Shown one piece after another: positions 1 through 13,199 of a stretch of DNA of 64,000 nt. Below the pieces are notes generated by a model. The model made no database searches, was not told the DNA's origin, and saw only the letters and a list, made by a program, of their open reading frames with translations. Position numbers and translations under genes: made by a program. The first letter of the stretch is position 1; each line of letters opens with the position of its first letter. Source of the DNA: Octopus sinensis (Eukaryota); NCBI RefSeq assembly GCF_006345805.1, contig NC_043015.1, forward strand, positions 47,120,001 through 47,184,000, given 5' to 3'.

Positions 1-94
1 TTTTAACTAATTTCAATTATAATTTTATAGTTATCTCTCCATGCTTTCCACGTGCAAAATTAATCATTATGTTAATGAGTCTTTCTCCTCAAAA

Positions 95-497
95 TACTCT
101 TTTACTTGTTTCAGTCATTTGACTGCGGCCATGCTGGAGCACCGCCTTTAGTCGAGCAAATCGACCCCGGGACTTATTCTTTGTAAGCCCAGTACTTATT
201 CTATTGGTCTCTTTTGCTGAACTGCTAAGTGACGGGGACGTAAACACACCAGCATCGGTTGTCAAGCAATGCTAGGAGGACAAACACAGACACACAAACA
301 CACACACATACATATATATATATACATATATATACGACAAGCTTCTTTCAGTTTCCGTCTACCAAATCCACTCACAAGGCATTGGTCGGCCCGGGGCTAT
401 AGCAGAAGACACTTGCCCAAGATGCCACGCAGTGGGACTGAACCCGGAACCATGTGGCTGGTTAGCAAGCTACTTACCACACAGCCACTCTTGCGCC
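95..497 (-). mobile_element. tRNA-derived SINE, family A, full length
   Basis: On the minus strand: A-box-like TGGCTGTGTGG, B-box-like GGTTCAGTCCC, CTTGGGCAAG core, internal (TA/CA)n and (AAAAGAGT)n tail. More than 12 related copies in the window. Confidence 0.85.
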
Positions 498-1218
498 TTT
501 TTTGTTTTAATCTTTTAGTCAGGAAGGGGAGTAGTGCTCATAACCTCTCTGAGACTGAAAGGGGTGGGGAATGAGTAAGGTATACTCAAACTGGAGACCA
601 GGCCTAAAGCTTGCAAAAGGGTGGATTCTCCTAAAGGTACTCAAGATGCTAGATGTTGTTGTTAAAGCTGGTAACAGATTAAGTCTAACTCCCTAATTGG
701 CCGTACTGGGATTTGAACTCTGAATGAAAAGAGTCAGAGCAAATAGTGCAATGCTTCTGCTTAAATGTTCTTATAATTCCTCCATTCTATTGTCCTGGAC
801 TGCTACTTTATTTGTAATCCCTGTAAAGATGAAAAGGCAAATTCGGCTTTAGCAGGATTTGAACTCAGAGCACTTTGAGATAGAACAAATAATGCCAGTC
901 ATTCTGTGTGATTAATTAAAATTTCTCAACTCGTTACATTAAACATGTGAACACTGACCTTACACAAAGTGGACGTTAAGTGAAATAAATATCACAGATG
1001 CTTCCCCATGCATAAACAGCTTGAGTTACATAAAGATATTGCAAGCTTTTCTTCTGGCAGTGACTAAAGCCATCACATTGTTGGAAACTCTTCTGTATCT
1101 TCAGAAGACATTTGCCCAAGGTGCCACGCAGTAGGACTGAACCTGGAACCATGTGGTTGGTAAGCAAGCTACTTACCACACAGCCACTCCTACATTATAT
1201 ATTCACAACCATTTAGTT

Positions 1219-1416
1219 CAGTGGTTCCCAAACTATGAGTCGCAACCCATCTGTGGGTCGTGAATGGAATCTTAGTGGGTCGCAAAAAGTCATAAAATTA
1301 CGCATTAGCTTTGATTAACTGCTGTCTATCGAAATAGTTCAGTAGAGTTAAGTGGGTCGTCATAAACTGGTGTGATAAATAGTGGGTCGTAACTCTAAAA
1401 ATTTTGGGAACCACTG
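1219..1416. mobile_element. hAT-type MITE
   Basis: TIR CAGTGGTTCCCAAA...TTTGGGAACCACTG with perfect 8-bp TSD ATTTAGTT (1211-1218 and 1417-1424). Confidence 0.9.
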
Positions 1417-1499
1417 ATTTAGTTCCTTACCTTGTATACTACACCTGAGTGCTAAAACTGACTACTGGAGCCCGGTGCAGAAGTGTTCCTGCAGATACT

Positions 1500-1760
1500 T
1501 CACCTGCAGAAGTATTCCAACTATGATTTCTTGTCAGCCACAACCATCTTGGGCTAGTTCCAGCTGCCATGGCTATTTCCTAGGTAATTTTCTTCAGTTG
1601 TTTGGGCTCCAAACTAATCCTCTACAGAAATAGCACAAAAAACTGCAGCAGCTGACTTCAGCAGTGAATGAGACCGTGTACCATTCTTTTACAAGAGCCT
1701 CATGAACCAAGTCCTTATATTTGATTTTCTTCAGTTGGTAAGAAATATCAAGTCTGTCTT
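1500..1760 (-). pseudogene. C-terminal remnant of a NeSL/HERO-like non-LTR retrotransposon (restriction-like endonuclease end)
   Basis: Frameshifted translation KKIKYKDLVHEALVKEWYTVSFTAEVSC...EIAMAAGTSPRWLWLTRNHSW resembles the K.KY.DL....W...EVGCRG...AAE.AS.WLW..R terminus of this clade. Confidence 0.6.
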
Positions 1761-2059
1761 CCTAGAGCCCTGTAAGATAAATTACAGCATATACAGCTGC
1801 GTGCGTGCGCACATACACGCGAGTACTGTCCAAATCTCCAACCAATCATATACAGCCAGCTGGCATTCAATTGGCGTATCAAGTTTTGGGCATTTTGATT
1901 GGGTTTTGGATAGAAAATTCACAAAAAAGTCACTTCTATTGATTTTTTAATGGCTTTGCGGGGTGACTGGGAAATGTAAAGATGTGCACGACCACCCTTG
2001 GACAGTTTTGAATGACCATAGAAAGTGCAAGCCCTCTAACTGAAAAATTGTGGATTTGT

Positions 2060-2082
2060 ATAAAGGACACACACACACACAC

Positions 2083-2131
<49 letters not shown>

Positions 2132-2291
2132 CATATATACGAAGGGCTTCTTTCAGTTTCCGTCTACCAAATCCACAAGGCTTTGGTCGGTCCAAGGCTA
2201 TAGTAGAAGACACTTGCCCAAGGTGCCACGCAGTGGGACTGAACCCAGAACCATGTGGTTGGTAAACAAGCTACTTACCACACAGCCACAC
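2060..2291 (-). mobile_element. SINE family A, head and core only
   Basis: Same head and core sequence as 95-497. Confidence 0.8.
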
Positions 2292-2952
2292 CTGAAATGT
2301 TCAAAGAAAATAAATTCGAGACATATGTGTTCAGGTGTTTTTGTTAACTTACAGAAATCGTCTAAAATGTTCTCATATGCAGCTATAACCTGTCATACTA
2401 TATTATATAGAGGTGCAACATAAAAGAGATGTGTAGCATAGACAGGTGGATGTTTAGCAAGGCAAGTTAGAGATTCATTAAATGAAGTATGTTAACACCA
2501 ACCAAAGTAATGGTGAATAAATGTACCTATATAATGTAGTGTGAATAAAAATAATAAAATTTCTCATTAGCCATTGGTTACATTATATGTATGTGGACTA
2601 TAATAGAGACGTGGACATTTAGTGAAGCGAGAAAAAGATCCAATTCCAATTTCAGCCGACACTTATTAAAACTTCAGATGAAATAACAAATGAAAAAATC
2701 ATTGTCATTGAAAGCGCATTGGAGACATAATATCATATTGTGTTATGACCAATATCAGATATAGAAAAGAGAGAAACAAACGGCCGTTTATTAGAAAGTT
2801 AATACTAGCATCAAATTTGTCTGACATTATAAATATTTTAAATACTTCATCTGGGCTGTGTTTCAATGAGGGTATTGTGCACCCACAAGCGAGCAACAAA
2901 TATCAAGAGAGAACTATAAAGAAAACTGAGTGTTTAGAGCTGTAGTTTTTCA

Positions 2953-3205
2953 TACTCTTTACTTGTTTCAGTCATTTGACTGTGGCCATGCTGGAGCACC
3001 GCCTTTAGTCGAGCAAATCGACCCCCAGGTCTTATCATTTGTAAACCTAGTACTTATTCTATCAGTCTCTTTTTCTGAACCGCTAAGTTACGGGGACGTA
3101 AACATACCAGCATCGGTTGTCTAGCCCAAGATGCCCCACAGTGGGACTGAACCCGGAACCATGTGGTTCATAAGCAAGCTATTTACCACACAGCCACTCC
3201 TATGC
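2953..3205 (-). mobile_element. SINE family A with internal deletion
   Basis: Tail and head segments are joined directly; the core and microsatellite are missing. Confidence 0.8.
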
Positions 3206-3255
3206 CTATGAAATAAAATATTTAAACCATGCCCAATACTTATATTTTAATCACA

Positions 3256-3620
3256 ACTTCTTCTTCTGCCTTTAACCCTCCAACACGGAGTATAGGCCAC
3301 TTATAGTTGAATTCCATGTTGCATAATTTTTTGCTTCTGTACTTATACTCTGCCATGAATGTCCCCCTTTCTCTAGTTCCTTCTGTGTTGATCTACGCCA
3401 CGGAGTTCTTAGGCCTACCCTTTCTTTCTATATCCATCCGGATTCCACTGTAAAGCACTTTTCGCTACATTTGGTGTGTCTTTTCTAATTGTGCTACCAA
3501 TCCATTTCCACTTTTTCTTAAATATTTGCTCCCTAATCGAAACTTCATTTGCTCTTTGCCATAGCTCCATATTGCTTTTGTGTTCAGGCCATCTAATTAA
3601 TCACAACACTTTTTGGAAAA
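3256..3620 (-). pseudogene. RTE-clade LINE 3' fragment
   Basis: IRWPEHKSNMELWQRANEVSIREQIFKKKWKWIGSTIRKDTPNVAKSALQWNPDGYRK matches the RTE C-terminal W.W.GH..R...L.W.P.G.R motif. Short (GAA)n tail. Confidence 0.8.
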
Positions 3621-3722
3621 TGTCAGAATTAAAATATGGACAGACATTGTGGTAGCAGAGAATAAAAACATGACTGATGATATACCAAGGTTCAATATAA
3701 TCTTAATATATAAGACCTTTAA

Positions 3723-3942
3723 CCCTTTCATTACTGTTTATATTTTTAGATGATCTGTGTTTTTTTCAATTACTTTAAATATAACAAAGAATTTAGTAAA
3801 ATAACTTAGTTATCATTAAGCTAATGTTAGGAACATAAACTGTGACAAAGGTTTGGTGAAAGATTTTAATTCAAAACTTATGGAAACAAGAAATTTGTAC
3901 TCAGAGCCAGAGCCGGTTTCAGCTGGGTTGGTAACGAAAGGG
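3723..3942. mobile_element. piggyBac-type MITE
   Basis: Ends CCCTTTCATTAC / GTAACGAAAGGG, flanked by TTAA on both sides. Confidence 0.8.
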
Positions 3943-4430
3943 TTAAGGCAGTGAGCAGGCAAAATTGTTAGCATGTCAGACAATATGCTTAGTGGTATTT
4001 CATCCATGTATATGTTTTGAGTTCAAATTCTGCAGAGGTTGACTCTGCCTTTTGTCCTTTTGGGGGGTTCAATAAAATAGGTACCACTTGAGCACTGGGG
4101 TCGATGTAATTGACTTTAACCCTCCCCAGAACTTGGTGGCCTTGTGCCAAAATTTGGTACCAATATATAAAGTCCTCTTCTTCTTTAGTAATTTCTATAA
4201 AAATTTAATTTAGGGGTCATAATTCCAGGCAAATATTTGGTTAAGATGTACATACTGAATGGGATATTATAAGAAAAAAAAATGGATAATAAACCACTGC
4301 ATGAAAGAGGAAGAGGAGTTTGTAAAATGCCATTCTGTAAAAGAAGCACAAAACTTCAAAGAAGTACTGACCTAAACTGATTAGGACTGTAAGGATGACT
4401 GTTCAGTTTATGGTTCTGTCTGGTGGAGGC

Positions 4431-4435
4431 TGCTG

Positions 4436-4497
<62 letters not shown>

Positions 4498-4586
4498 ACT
4501 ACTACTACTACTACCACCACCACCACCACCACCACTACTACTACTACTACTACAGCTGCTGCTGCTGCTCGTGCTGCTGCTATTAT

Positions 4587-4637
<51 letters not shown>

Positions 4638-4650
4638 CATAACCACCAAT
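4431..4650. repeat. compound trinucleotide microsatellite (CTA/CTG/CCA)n
   Basis: Directly visible; it explains the poly-A/T/V/Y ORFs. Confidence 0.95.
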
Positions 4651-5367
4651 AGTAGATTTTTAACCCTTAATGATAATATTCATAGAGTCAGCTGGCCATG
4701 CCTGGGAATCCAGCTGTAAAGTGCAATGATGGTTGTTCTGATAAGAACCTATGGAGGAGGTGCTTGAGGACTCTGCCTGCCTCAGCCCCTCCAGGAATGG
4801 TGGGCAATAAAGATGGGTGGATGGATGGATGGATGGATTGATGGAAAGATAAAGCTGTCGGAAACATAACTTAGGAAAACATTGCAGTAAAAATCTTGTT
4901 CAAATTAGTTTTCTGCCACTGAGATGACCAAATCAAGTCAAATCAGGCAAAATATTACAGTTCGTCATCTATGTGTCACATAATATATATACACAGTTCA
5001 TAGGCCAGTTATACTGCAGTATGTATCCAGAGATAACATCTGTAATAGGCTTGTTGTGCTAAAATACAATAAATATCAGATTGGAGCATGATACAGCTTT
5101 CTGGCTTGCCAGTCCTCAGTCAAACTGTCCAACCCATGCCAGCATGGAAAACGGACGTTAAACAACGATGATGATGATGGTGATGATGATGATCAGTCAC
5201 TGGCTGCTGCTGGGATGAAATTTTGTCTCTCTCTGATTTTTTTTTTTTTGTTTTTAACACAAGTCCATAAGGGATGTTATCTTCGGACAAATACAGCAGT
5301 GACTGGCCTATCGACTGATTATATACGCTATTCATACATGGATGGCTATTTTAATTAAATACTTATT

Positions 5368-5592
5368 TCTTTACTACCCACAGGGGGCTAAACACAGAGG
5401 GGACAAAGACAGACAAACGGTTTAAGTCAATTACATCGATCCCAGTGCGTAACTGGTACTTAATTTATCGATCCCGAAAGGATGAAAGGTAAAATCGACC
5501 TCGGCAGAATTTAAACTCAGAACGTAATGCTAGACGAAATACGGCTACGCATTTTGCCCGGCATGCTAACGTTTCTGCCAGCTCGCCGCCTT
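5368..5592 (-). mobile_element. tRNA-derived SINE, family C
   Basis: On the minus strand: head GGCGGCGAGCTGGCAGAAACGTTAGCA, B-box-like GAGTTTAAATTC, tail ending AAAGAAATA. More than 20 related copies or units in the window. Confidence 0.85.
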
Positions 5593-6132
5593 ATTTTAAT
5601 TAAATACTGTCTCAGTTGTGTATACTGGATTGTAGCTAGTGCCATTCAAATGTGTATATACACCAGTATTTTAATACTCAATCTAATTTTATAGTGCGGT
5701 CACTGGTTGTTCGTCCAGCCTTCAACTCTGTAGCATTTAAACTGGCTGTACACAGTCCAAATATTCTACCTGCTCTATGTTCAAACTGGCCAGATTTGGT
5801 TTCTCACAGCCACTCTACAATGTTATTCTAAAAATAACCTATCACATTGAAATGTCAAAGCTGCAAGATAATGCATGATTAGTTTAAAACAACATGAATA
5901 AATAAGCCTTATATTTGGACGAGTAATTTGAATACTAAATGGTTGACTGTACAGTTTGTAATTTAAGTATCATTTTCACAAAAGGAATGTGTCCAGTAAA
6001 ATGCCTGGGCATACTTAGGTATAAAATAAAGCTTTTTCAATGCATGGATGGATGAATAGATAGGTTGGTACATAGACGGTAGGTTGACTGTAAGTATGTA
6101 ATTAGTTAAGTAGATAAGCACACCAGTAAGTA

Positions 6133-6482
6133 TGAAGGTGCATGGTGCAGTGGTTAGTGCATCAGGCTTGCAATCATGAGGTAGTGAGTTCAATTCCAGG
6201 ATTGGGCTGTGTGTTTTGTTCTTGAGCAAGACACTTTATTTCATGTTCCTCCAGTTCTCTCAGCTGTTGAAATGAGTTGTGATGTCACTGGTTCCAAGGT
6301 ATATGTATCGGCCTTTGCCTTTCCCTGGGATAACATTAGTGGCATGAAGAGGGGAAACTGGTATGTATGGGTGACTGCTGGTCTTTCATAAACAACGTTG
6401 CCCAGACTTGTGCCTCGAAAGGGAACTTTCTAGGTGCAATCCCATGGTCATTCATGACTGAAGGGGGTCCTTACCTTTTTTG
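6133..6482 (+). mobile_element. tRNA-derived SINE (distinct family) with 12-bp TSD
   Basis: A box TGGTGCAGTGG, B box GTTCAATTCC, CTTGAGCAAG core. TSD CACCAGTAAGTA at 6121 and 6483. Confidence 0.85.
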
Positions 6483-6489
6483 CACCAGT

Positions 6490-7050
6490 AAGTAGATTGA
6501 TTGGTAGGTAGGTAGATAAGTAGATCTTAGATTGATCTGTAGCTAGTTGTGTTAGTGGGTACTTAGATAGGTAGGGAAGATGGGTAGATAGTGGGTTGGC
6601 CTGTAGATTAGTAGGTAGATAAGTAGTTAGGTCAGTAGATAGATAGGCATGTATGTAGGTAGGTAGATAGGTAAGTAGGTAAATATATGAGAAAGTATGT
6701 AGGTAGGTAGGTAGATTGGTAACTGGGTAGGTATATAGGTAAGTCTACAGGTACAAATGTAAGCATGTAGGTAGGTAGGTACTTAGGTAAATAGATAGAT
6801 AGGTAAGTGGGTAGGTAGATAGGTTGGCACTTAGGTGAGCAGATAGGTAGGTGGGTAGATATGTAGGCACTTAGGCAAGTAGATAGATAGGCAAGAGGGT
6901 AGGTAGGTATTTAAGTCTGTAGGTACAAAGGTAAGTGGGTGGGTTGGTAGGTAGGTAAGCACTTAAGTACATGGTACATGGGTAAGTCTATATGTACAAA
7001 GGTAAGTAAGTAAGTAGGTAGGTATTAGGTCAGTTGGTAGAAAGGCAAGA
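6490..7050. repeat. degenerate (AGGT/AGAT)n tetranucleotide array
   Basis: Directly visible; it continues on the left of the SINE from about 6050. Confidence 0.85.
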
Positions 7051-8349
7051 TGGTAAGTACAATCAATAGTGACTTCTGTCTATGAGAAGACTTCAACAAG
7101 GCAAATTTTTCTGTTGGTTGCAGCAGTGAAATCTACCTCAAAATGAAGTATCTTTTATGTAACTATATGATCTGCTAGACAGAAATAGCAGCCAAATTTC
7201 CCTCAGAACTCATATTATCATGTTAAATAAGGAAAAGACAGGTGATTAGATAATGTATTACTACATATTATTTAAAAGACAAGAAGGTCACAGCTGGAAG
7301 GCCTTTAATCATGGGTCTTTCTTCATTAGAAACGAGCAGCAGCAACAACAGCATCTTTTCTGCTTGGCTGTACCTGTGGAAATTTCAATGTTTAGTGAAA
7401 AATTTAAATATTTGGTGTATTGGTGTAATTTTCCATGCTGAATCTCAGGAGATAATTCACTTTCTCCAGAAAAAATAAAAGTTACAGAGATTTAAAGTTT
7501 GATAATTTTTGCCCAGTTAGAAAACAGGATTTGGAAGCCGTTAATTAGTGCATGACAGCCTGTATTGTCAACCATAAACAAATGAAATATTGGCGGTATT
7601 CTGCTTTATGCATGCCAATTAACACCTCATAACATTTTTATTTTTTGGAATTTTCAGAAAATTTTTTGCAACTTTGTATTCTACATAAAGGAATTCAAAG
7701 AATTATGCAAAAACCAAAAGAAAAAAATTTCTTCCTGTGTGTAATTTAAGGCCTATTTAGCTGTTTGTTTTTAATGCACCTCGTACTATATGTGTTTTAA
7801 GCATTTAATAAGCAACAAAAAGAACACGTAGTGAACAGCTTGGCTTGTTACTATGGAAACAGGCATCTATATGTCTGTGGCTTTGATTGGCTAAAATTAC
7901 ACGAATTTTGCAAAATTTAACAGCTATTAACACTTTATTTATTGATTTATGGCGAAAATGAATTTCATATCAATGGTTACTTTACAAAACTACACAAATA
8001 CACCAAATACGAAATCATTTGGAACAAAAATTGAAGAAATCGGCAGATTTTTAAAATAATTTTTTTGTAACTAAACACTTTTAAACTTTGAATACTGGTA
8101 GAATGTGTTTCACAAAACATCTTTTTCTCTTGGCTTTCTTGAGAAAATTCTGTAGTTTGTAAGCTATTTCTTGGTAAATTTCTTGCATTTCAACAATCAT
8201 GGCAAGCAGTACACCAAGGTACTCAGAAAGCTTGCCAGATCAGATTGGAGCCTGGTGTGGTCTCCTGGTTCGCCAGTCTCCAGTCACACCGTCCAACCCA
8301 TGCCAGCATGGAAAACGGACATTAAACGATGATGATGATGATGATGAAA

Positions 8350-8660
8350 CTGCAAAGAAATTTGAAAGCAATTCACATTCACTATGACAATGCATGACCA
8401 TGTGAATCTTTGGAAACAATCCAGGTGAATGGCAAATTGGGCTGATCATTGGTTCCCCTATATACTGTACAGCCCAGATCTGGTGCCCTCTGGTTTCCAT
8501 CTGTGTGGTTCAATGAAAGCTGATCTTCAGGAACAGTGGTTCAAAAGTAGCTGTGAAGAAGTGGGTACAACATTGCACTTCTGAATGCTTTCAAAGAGCT
8601 TCCAAAAGTTGCATTCAACTACGACTCAACAATGTGACTGAGAGTATGTTGAGTAATAAT
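8350..8660 (+). pseudogene. mariner transposase C-terminal remnant
   Basis: Degraded DNA.P...KLG...YSPDLVPS.FHL..SMK...KKWV pattern with stops and frameshifts. Confidence 0.6.
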
Positions 8661-9001
8661 TTAGTATAGCGAAAGACTTCAAAAGGATTTACTGTGAGGT
8701 TTGGAATAATGCAAGAAAGTACAAAGGAAAAGAAGAAAATAAAACAAAATTGCAGTTTTACTTTGGATTTCTATATTTCGAGGTTAAAGAGAAAAAGTTA
8801 CAAAGTGCGATTTCAGTTACCATTCTGAGTAGTAACTTAGTATAAAGAAAAAGTAACAAGTGCAATTTAAATTACTTGTGTCATTCAATAAAAAGGTTAT
8901 GGATCAACCCTCCTATATCAGAGGTTTTTTTCTCATTAATTTTGTTTCACTTTGAAATATGGGTCAATGTTTAATTGTCACTCCACCTATTATTATTCAT
9001 A

Positions 9002-9403
9002 TCTTTATATATAAAAGTAAGGTTGTGTGTCTGTCTCCTACGATTTAGATTCCTAACTACTCCCACATTTTGCGGTGCAGTTTAACCAAAACCGGGTATC
9101 TTATAGTCGTGATTCATATCAAGCCCTTCTGGGTATTAGCGCGCATCTACGATGAGTCTACGATTAAAAAAAAAAATTTACCATCATTTTTTTTCCATTT
9201 TAATGCATTTTTTCGCTATTATATAAGGGAAGTAACTCTCTAAAAATGTCTACGATGAGTCAACGATTTAAAAAAAAAATTACCATAATTTTTTTTCCAT
9301 TTTTAATGCATTTTTTTTGCTATTTTTTGGCTATAACTCTCTATAAAATGCTTATATAGTTATTTCCCTTACAAACCCGAGCAACGCCGGGCGATACTGG
9401 TAG
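9002..9403 (+). mobile_element. non-autonomous Helitron
   Basis: 5' TC after A, subterminal hairpin CCCGAGCAACGCCGGG, 3' GTAG (CTAG variant) before T. Closely matches 30784-31177. Confidence 0.85.
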
Positions 9404-9931
9404 TTCAACATAAAATTTGAAATCATAATTACAATAAACAAAGATATAAATATTATGTGAATTAAGGAATTTACTTTAATCAAACGGCAATTAAAAAAAA
9501 AGACAACAACAATAACAAACAACCATACAGAACTGAAATAAGTCTATTGTTGTCCTTTTTAAGACGGTGGGGGTGTAAATTAAATTATACGTGACGGCTA
9601 CTTCCCACAGGTTGAGCGACCTCATAGAATAAGGAAGGTCGTGGGCGTAGAAATTCCATTGTTGGTCCATCATTCGGAGATTGGTTATACTGTTGGGTGA
9701 CGTAGACAAACGGTAAATCAAACAACCTATCATTTTAAAACCGGATGTTTACTTTTTTTCCAGGAAAAAGTTAATAGTTAAAAGTACAAAGAAGTGAAAC
9801 GTCCTCTTTGTTGGTAGCAAGAAATGTTACTCGTTGGCAATGACTTGACAGACCACAACAGAAAGGAATAACTAATTTCGTTTACGCTATTATCATTGTC
9901 GTTGTTGTTCCTTTTTTATGTTTTCCTTTTT

Positions 9932-9959
<28 letters not shown>

Positions 9960-9964
<5 letters not shown>

Positions 9965-11064
9965 TTTACTATTTATTGTACTTTATTCATTTAAAATAAA
10001 GTTTTTATTTATGAATTTGGTGAAGAATTCATGGAATAAAGTTACCAACAGTTGCATTGCCCAATGCATTACGAGCAGAGTACTTGGACAAAAAGTGTTC
10101 ATTTAAGGAAAGTTATATAGTCAAACATGAAAGATTGGGGTCCATGATTCTATAAGAAATGAATTTGCAAGAAATTCAGTCCGAAGTTCGGGTTTTGAAG
10201 AGGACGAAATGTTTGTACTTAACTGAAAACAAGAAGCAAATAAATAAACTTTTGGAAACTACACGAGGACATGAGACTCTTTTTGTCTTTACTCTTTTAC
10301 TCTTTTACTTGTTTCAGTCATTTGACTGCGGCCATGCTGGAGCACCGCCTTTAGTCGAGCAAATCGACCCCGGGACTTATTCTTTGTAAGCCCAGTACTT
10401 ATTCTATCGGTCCCTTTTGCCGAACCGCTAAGATACAGGGACGTAAACACACCAGCATCGGTTGTCAAGCAATGCTAGGGGGACAAACACACACACACAC
10501 AAACACACATATATACATATATATACATATATACGACAGGCTTCTTTCAGTTTCCATCTACCAAATCTACTCACATGGCATTGGTCGGCCCGGGGCTATA
10601 GCAGAAGACACTTGCCCAAGATGCCAAGCAGTGGGACTGAACCCAGAACCATGTGGTTGGTTAGCAAGCTACTTACCACACAGCCACTCCTGCGCCTACT
10701 ATTTACTATTTATTGTACTTTATTCATTTAAAATAAGGTTTTTATTCATGAATTTGGTGAAGAATTCATGGAATAAAGTTACCAACAGTTGCATTGCCAA
10801 TGCATTACAAGCAGAGTACTTGGACAAAAAGTGTTCATTTAAGGCAAGTTATACTGTCAAACATGAGAGATTGGGGTCCATGATTCTATAGAAAATGGAT
10901 TTGCAAGAAATTCAGTCCGAAGTTCGGGGTTTGAAGAGGACGAAATGTTTGTACTTAACTGAAAACAAGAAGCAAATAAATAAACTTTCGATAACTAAAA
11001 ACATGGGTTTCCTTTTTATAATTTGTTTCCTTTTACACGAGGACATGAGACTCATTTTGTCTTT
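9960..11064. repeat. about 330-bp direct repeat pair (9960-10289 and 10698-11064) flanking a SINE A
   Basis: Two copies of the AATTTGGTGAAGAATTCATGGAATAAAG... block, roughly 90% identical by eye. Confidence 0.85.
10290..10697 (-). mobile_element. SINE family A, full length
   Basis: As 95-497. Confidence 0.85.
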
Positions 11065-11521
11065 CTTGAATTTTTTTCCGCAAAAACTACACTCTCGGAG
11101 TGGTTGGCGTTAGGAAGGGCATCCAGCTGTAGAAACCCTGCAAGAGCAGATTGGAGTCTGGTGCAGCCATCTAGTTCGCCAGACCTCAGTCAAATCGTCC
11201 AACCCATGCTAGCATGGAAAGCGGACGTTAAACGATGATGATGATGATGAAAAATATAGGACGTCCCCTGAAAATAAGCCCTAGTGCATTTTGTGGATGC
11301 AAAATTAATATAAGGCCGGATTTTATTTTCAGGGAAACACTGTATTATTAAGAATTGTATCAAACATTCTTAAATTATTTTGTGTATTGTATAACCAATT
11401 TATTGTCCATGATTTTTAACGACAGAATTTTACATGGGTCCACAAGGACCATATGAACCCCCAATTAAGAACCACTAATCTATAGGTTTCATCACTGGCT
11501 TATTTCTGCAAAGTTTATCAA

Positions 11522-11932
11522 GGCACAGGAGTGGCTGTGTGGTAAGTAGCTTGTTTACCAACCACATGGTTCCGGGTTCAGTCCCACTGCGTGGCACCTT
11601 GGGCAAGTGTCTTCTGCTATAGCCTCGGGCCGACCAAAGCCTTGTGAGTGGATTTGGTAGATGGAAACTGAAAGAAGCCCGTCGTATATATGTATATATA
11701 TATATATATATGCATTTGTGTGTCTGTGTTTGTCCCCCTAGCATTGCTTGTCAACCAATGCTGGTGTGCTTATGTCCCCGTTACTTAGCGGTTCGGCAAA
11801 AGAGACCGATAGAATAAGTACTGGGCTTACAAAAGAATAAGTCCCGGGGTCGAGTTGCTCGATTAAAGGCGGTGCTCCAGCATGGCCGCAGTCAAATGAC
11901 TGAAACAAGTAAAAGAGAGTAAAAGAGAGTAA
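11522..11932 (+). mobile_element. SINE family A, full length
   Basis: As 95-497, opposite orientation. Confidence 0.85.
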
Positions 11933-12269
11933 GTGACAATGATGATGTTAGTATTGACACAATATAAATATGAAACTGTTAGTGAAGCAGAAATGTCAAC
12001 AACCCATTTTTTTTACTGTATATTCAGTATCAGATGACAATGTTTTGTGTGTAAGTAGGTGGCCAAATTATTACAGCCATTAGAGCGCTGTTTAGATTGG
12101 TTTCTAGTACGTGTTCTGGTTCCCTGCGCTTTGAGTTCAAATGCTCTTCGGATCAGATTTCTCTTTCATCCTTCTGTAATTGGTAACACCCCCACACACA
12201 TGCATATTGGTTTACATGCAGTTTATTGCTGTTAAACAGTGAAAGTAAATATACATACACGAGTATCTA

Positions 12270-12413
12270 TATACATACATACATACATACATACACACAT
12301 ACACACATACATACATACATACATACATACATACATACACACATACATACATACATACATACATACATACATACATACATACATACATACATACATACAC
12401 ATACATACATACA

Positions 12414-12449
<36 letters not shown>

Positions 12450-12451
12450 TA
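12270..12451. repeat. (CATA)n microsatellite
   Basis: Directly visible. Confidence 0.95.
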
Positions 12452-12453
12452 TA

Positions 12454-12849
12454 GGCGCAGGAGTGGCTGTGTGGTAAGTAGTTTGCTTACCAACCACGTG
12501 GTTCCGGGTTCAGTCCCACTGCGTGGCACCTTGGGCAAGTGTCTTCTACTATAGCCTTGGGTCAACCAAAGCCTTGTGAGTGGATTTGGTAGACGGAAAC
12601 TGAAAGAAGCCCATCGTATATGTATATGTGTATATATCTATATATGTGTGTGTGTGTTTCTTCCCCCCCCCCACATCGCTTTGCAACTGATGCTGGTGTG
12701 TTTACGTCCCTATAACTTAGTGGTTCAGCAAAGAGACTGATAGAATAAGTACTAGGCTTACAAAGGATAAGTCCAGGAGTCGATTTGCTTGACTAAAGGC
12801 TGTGCTCTAGCATGGCCACAGTCAAATGACTGAAACAAGTAAAAGAGTA
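12454..12849 (+). mobile_element. SINE family A, full length
   Basis: As 95-497. Confidence 0.85.
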
Positions 12850-12924
12850 TATATATATATACATGCACATGCACACATAAGGTAAACAGTAACCTACATT
12901 ATATACACACATACACATGTATAT

Positions 12925-13165
12925 ATCATCATCATCATCATCATTGTTTAACGTCCGTTTTCCGTGCTTGCATGGGTTGGACGGTTCGACCGGGGTCTGG
13001 GAAGCCAGGAGGCTGCACCAGGCTCCAGTCTGATCTGGCAGTTTTTCTACAGCTGGATGCCCTTCCTAACGCCAACCACTCCATGAATGCAGTGGATGCT
13101 TTTTACGTGCCACTGGTACAGAAGCCAGTCAAGGCGGCACTGGCATCGGCCACATTTGGATGGTT
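12925..13165 (-). mobile_element. retroposon family B ((GAT)n-tailed)
   Basis: Shared core GGATGCCCTTCCTAACGCCAACCACT, GGTGGCACGTAAAAAGCAC modules and (GAT)n tail. Confidence 0.8.
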
Positions 13166-13199
13166 CTTCAAAGAAGAGAAAGAGAAAATCTAATTCATG

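Noticed and set aside
269-574. Recurrent ORFs such as MLGGQTQTH...RHLPKMPRSGTEPGTMW
   Set aside because: Antisense reading of SINE family A; they recur wherever the SINE does.
2580-2860. Possible Penelope GIY-YIG C-terminus (IEKRETNGRLLES)
   Set aside because: Similarity is too short and degraded to support without a search.
9491-9733. 80-aa minus-strand ORF in CpG-containing sequence
   Set aside because: No recognisable motif or splice boundaries, and its distal part matches the CCGTCTTAAA repeat also seen near 56650.
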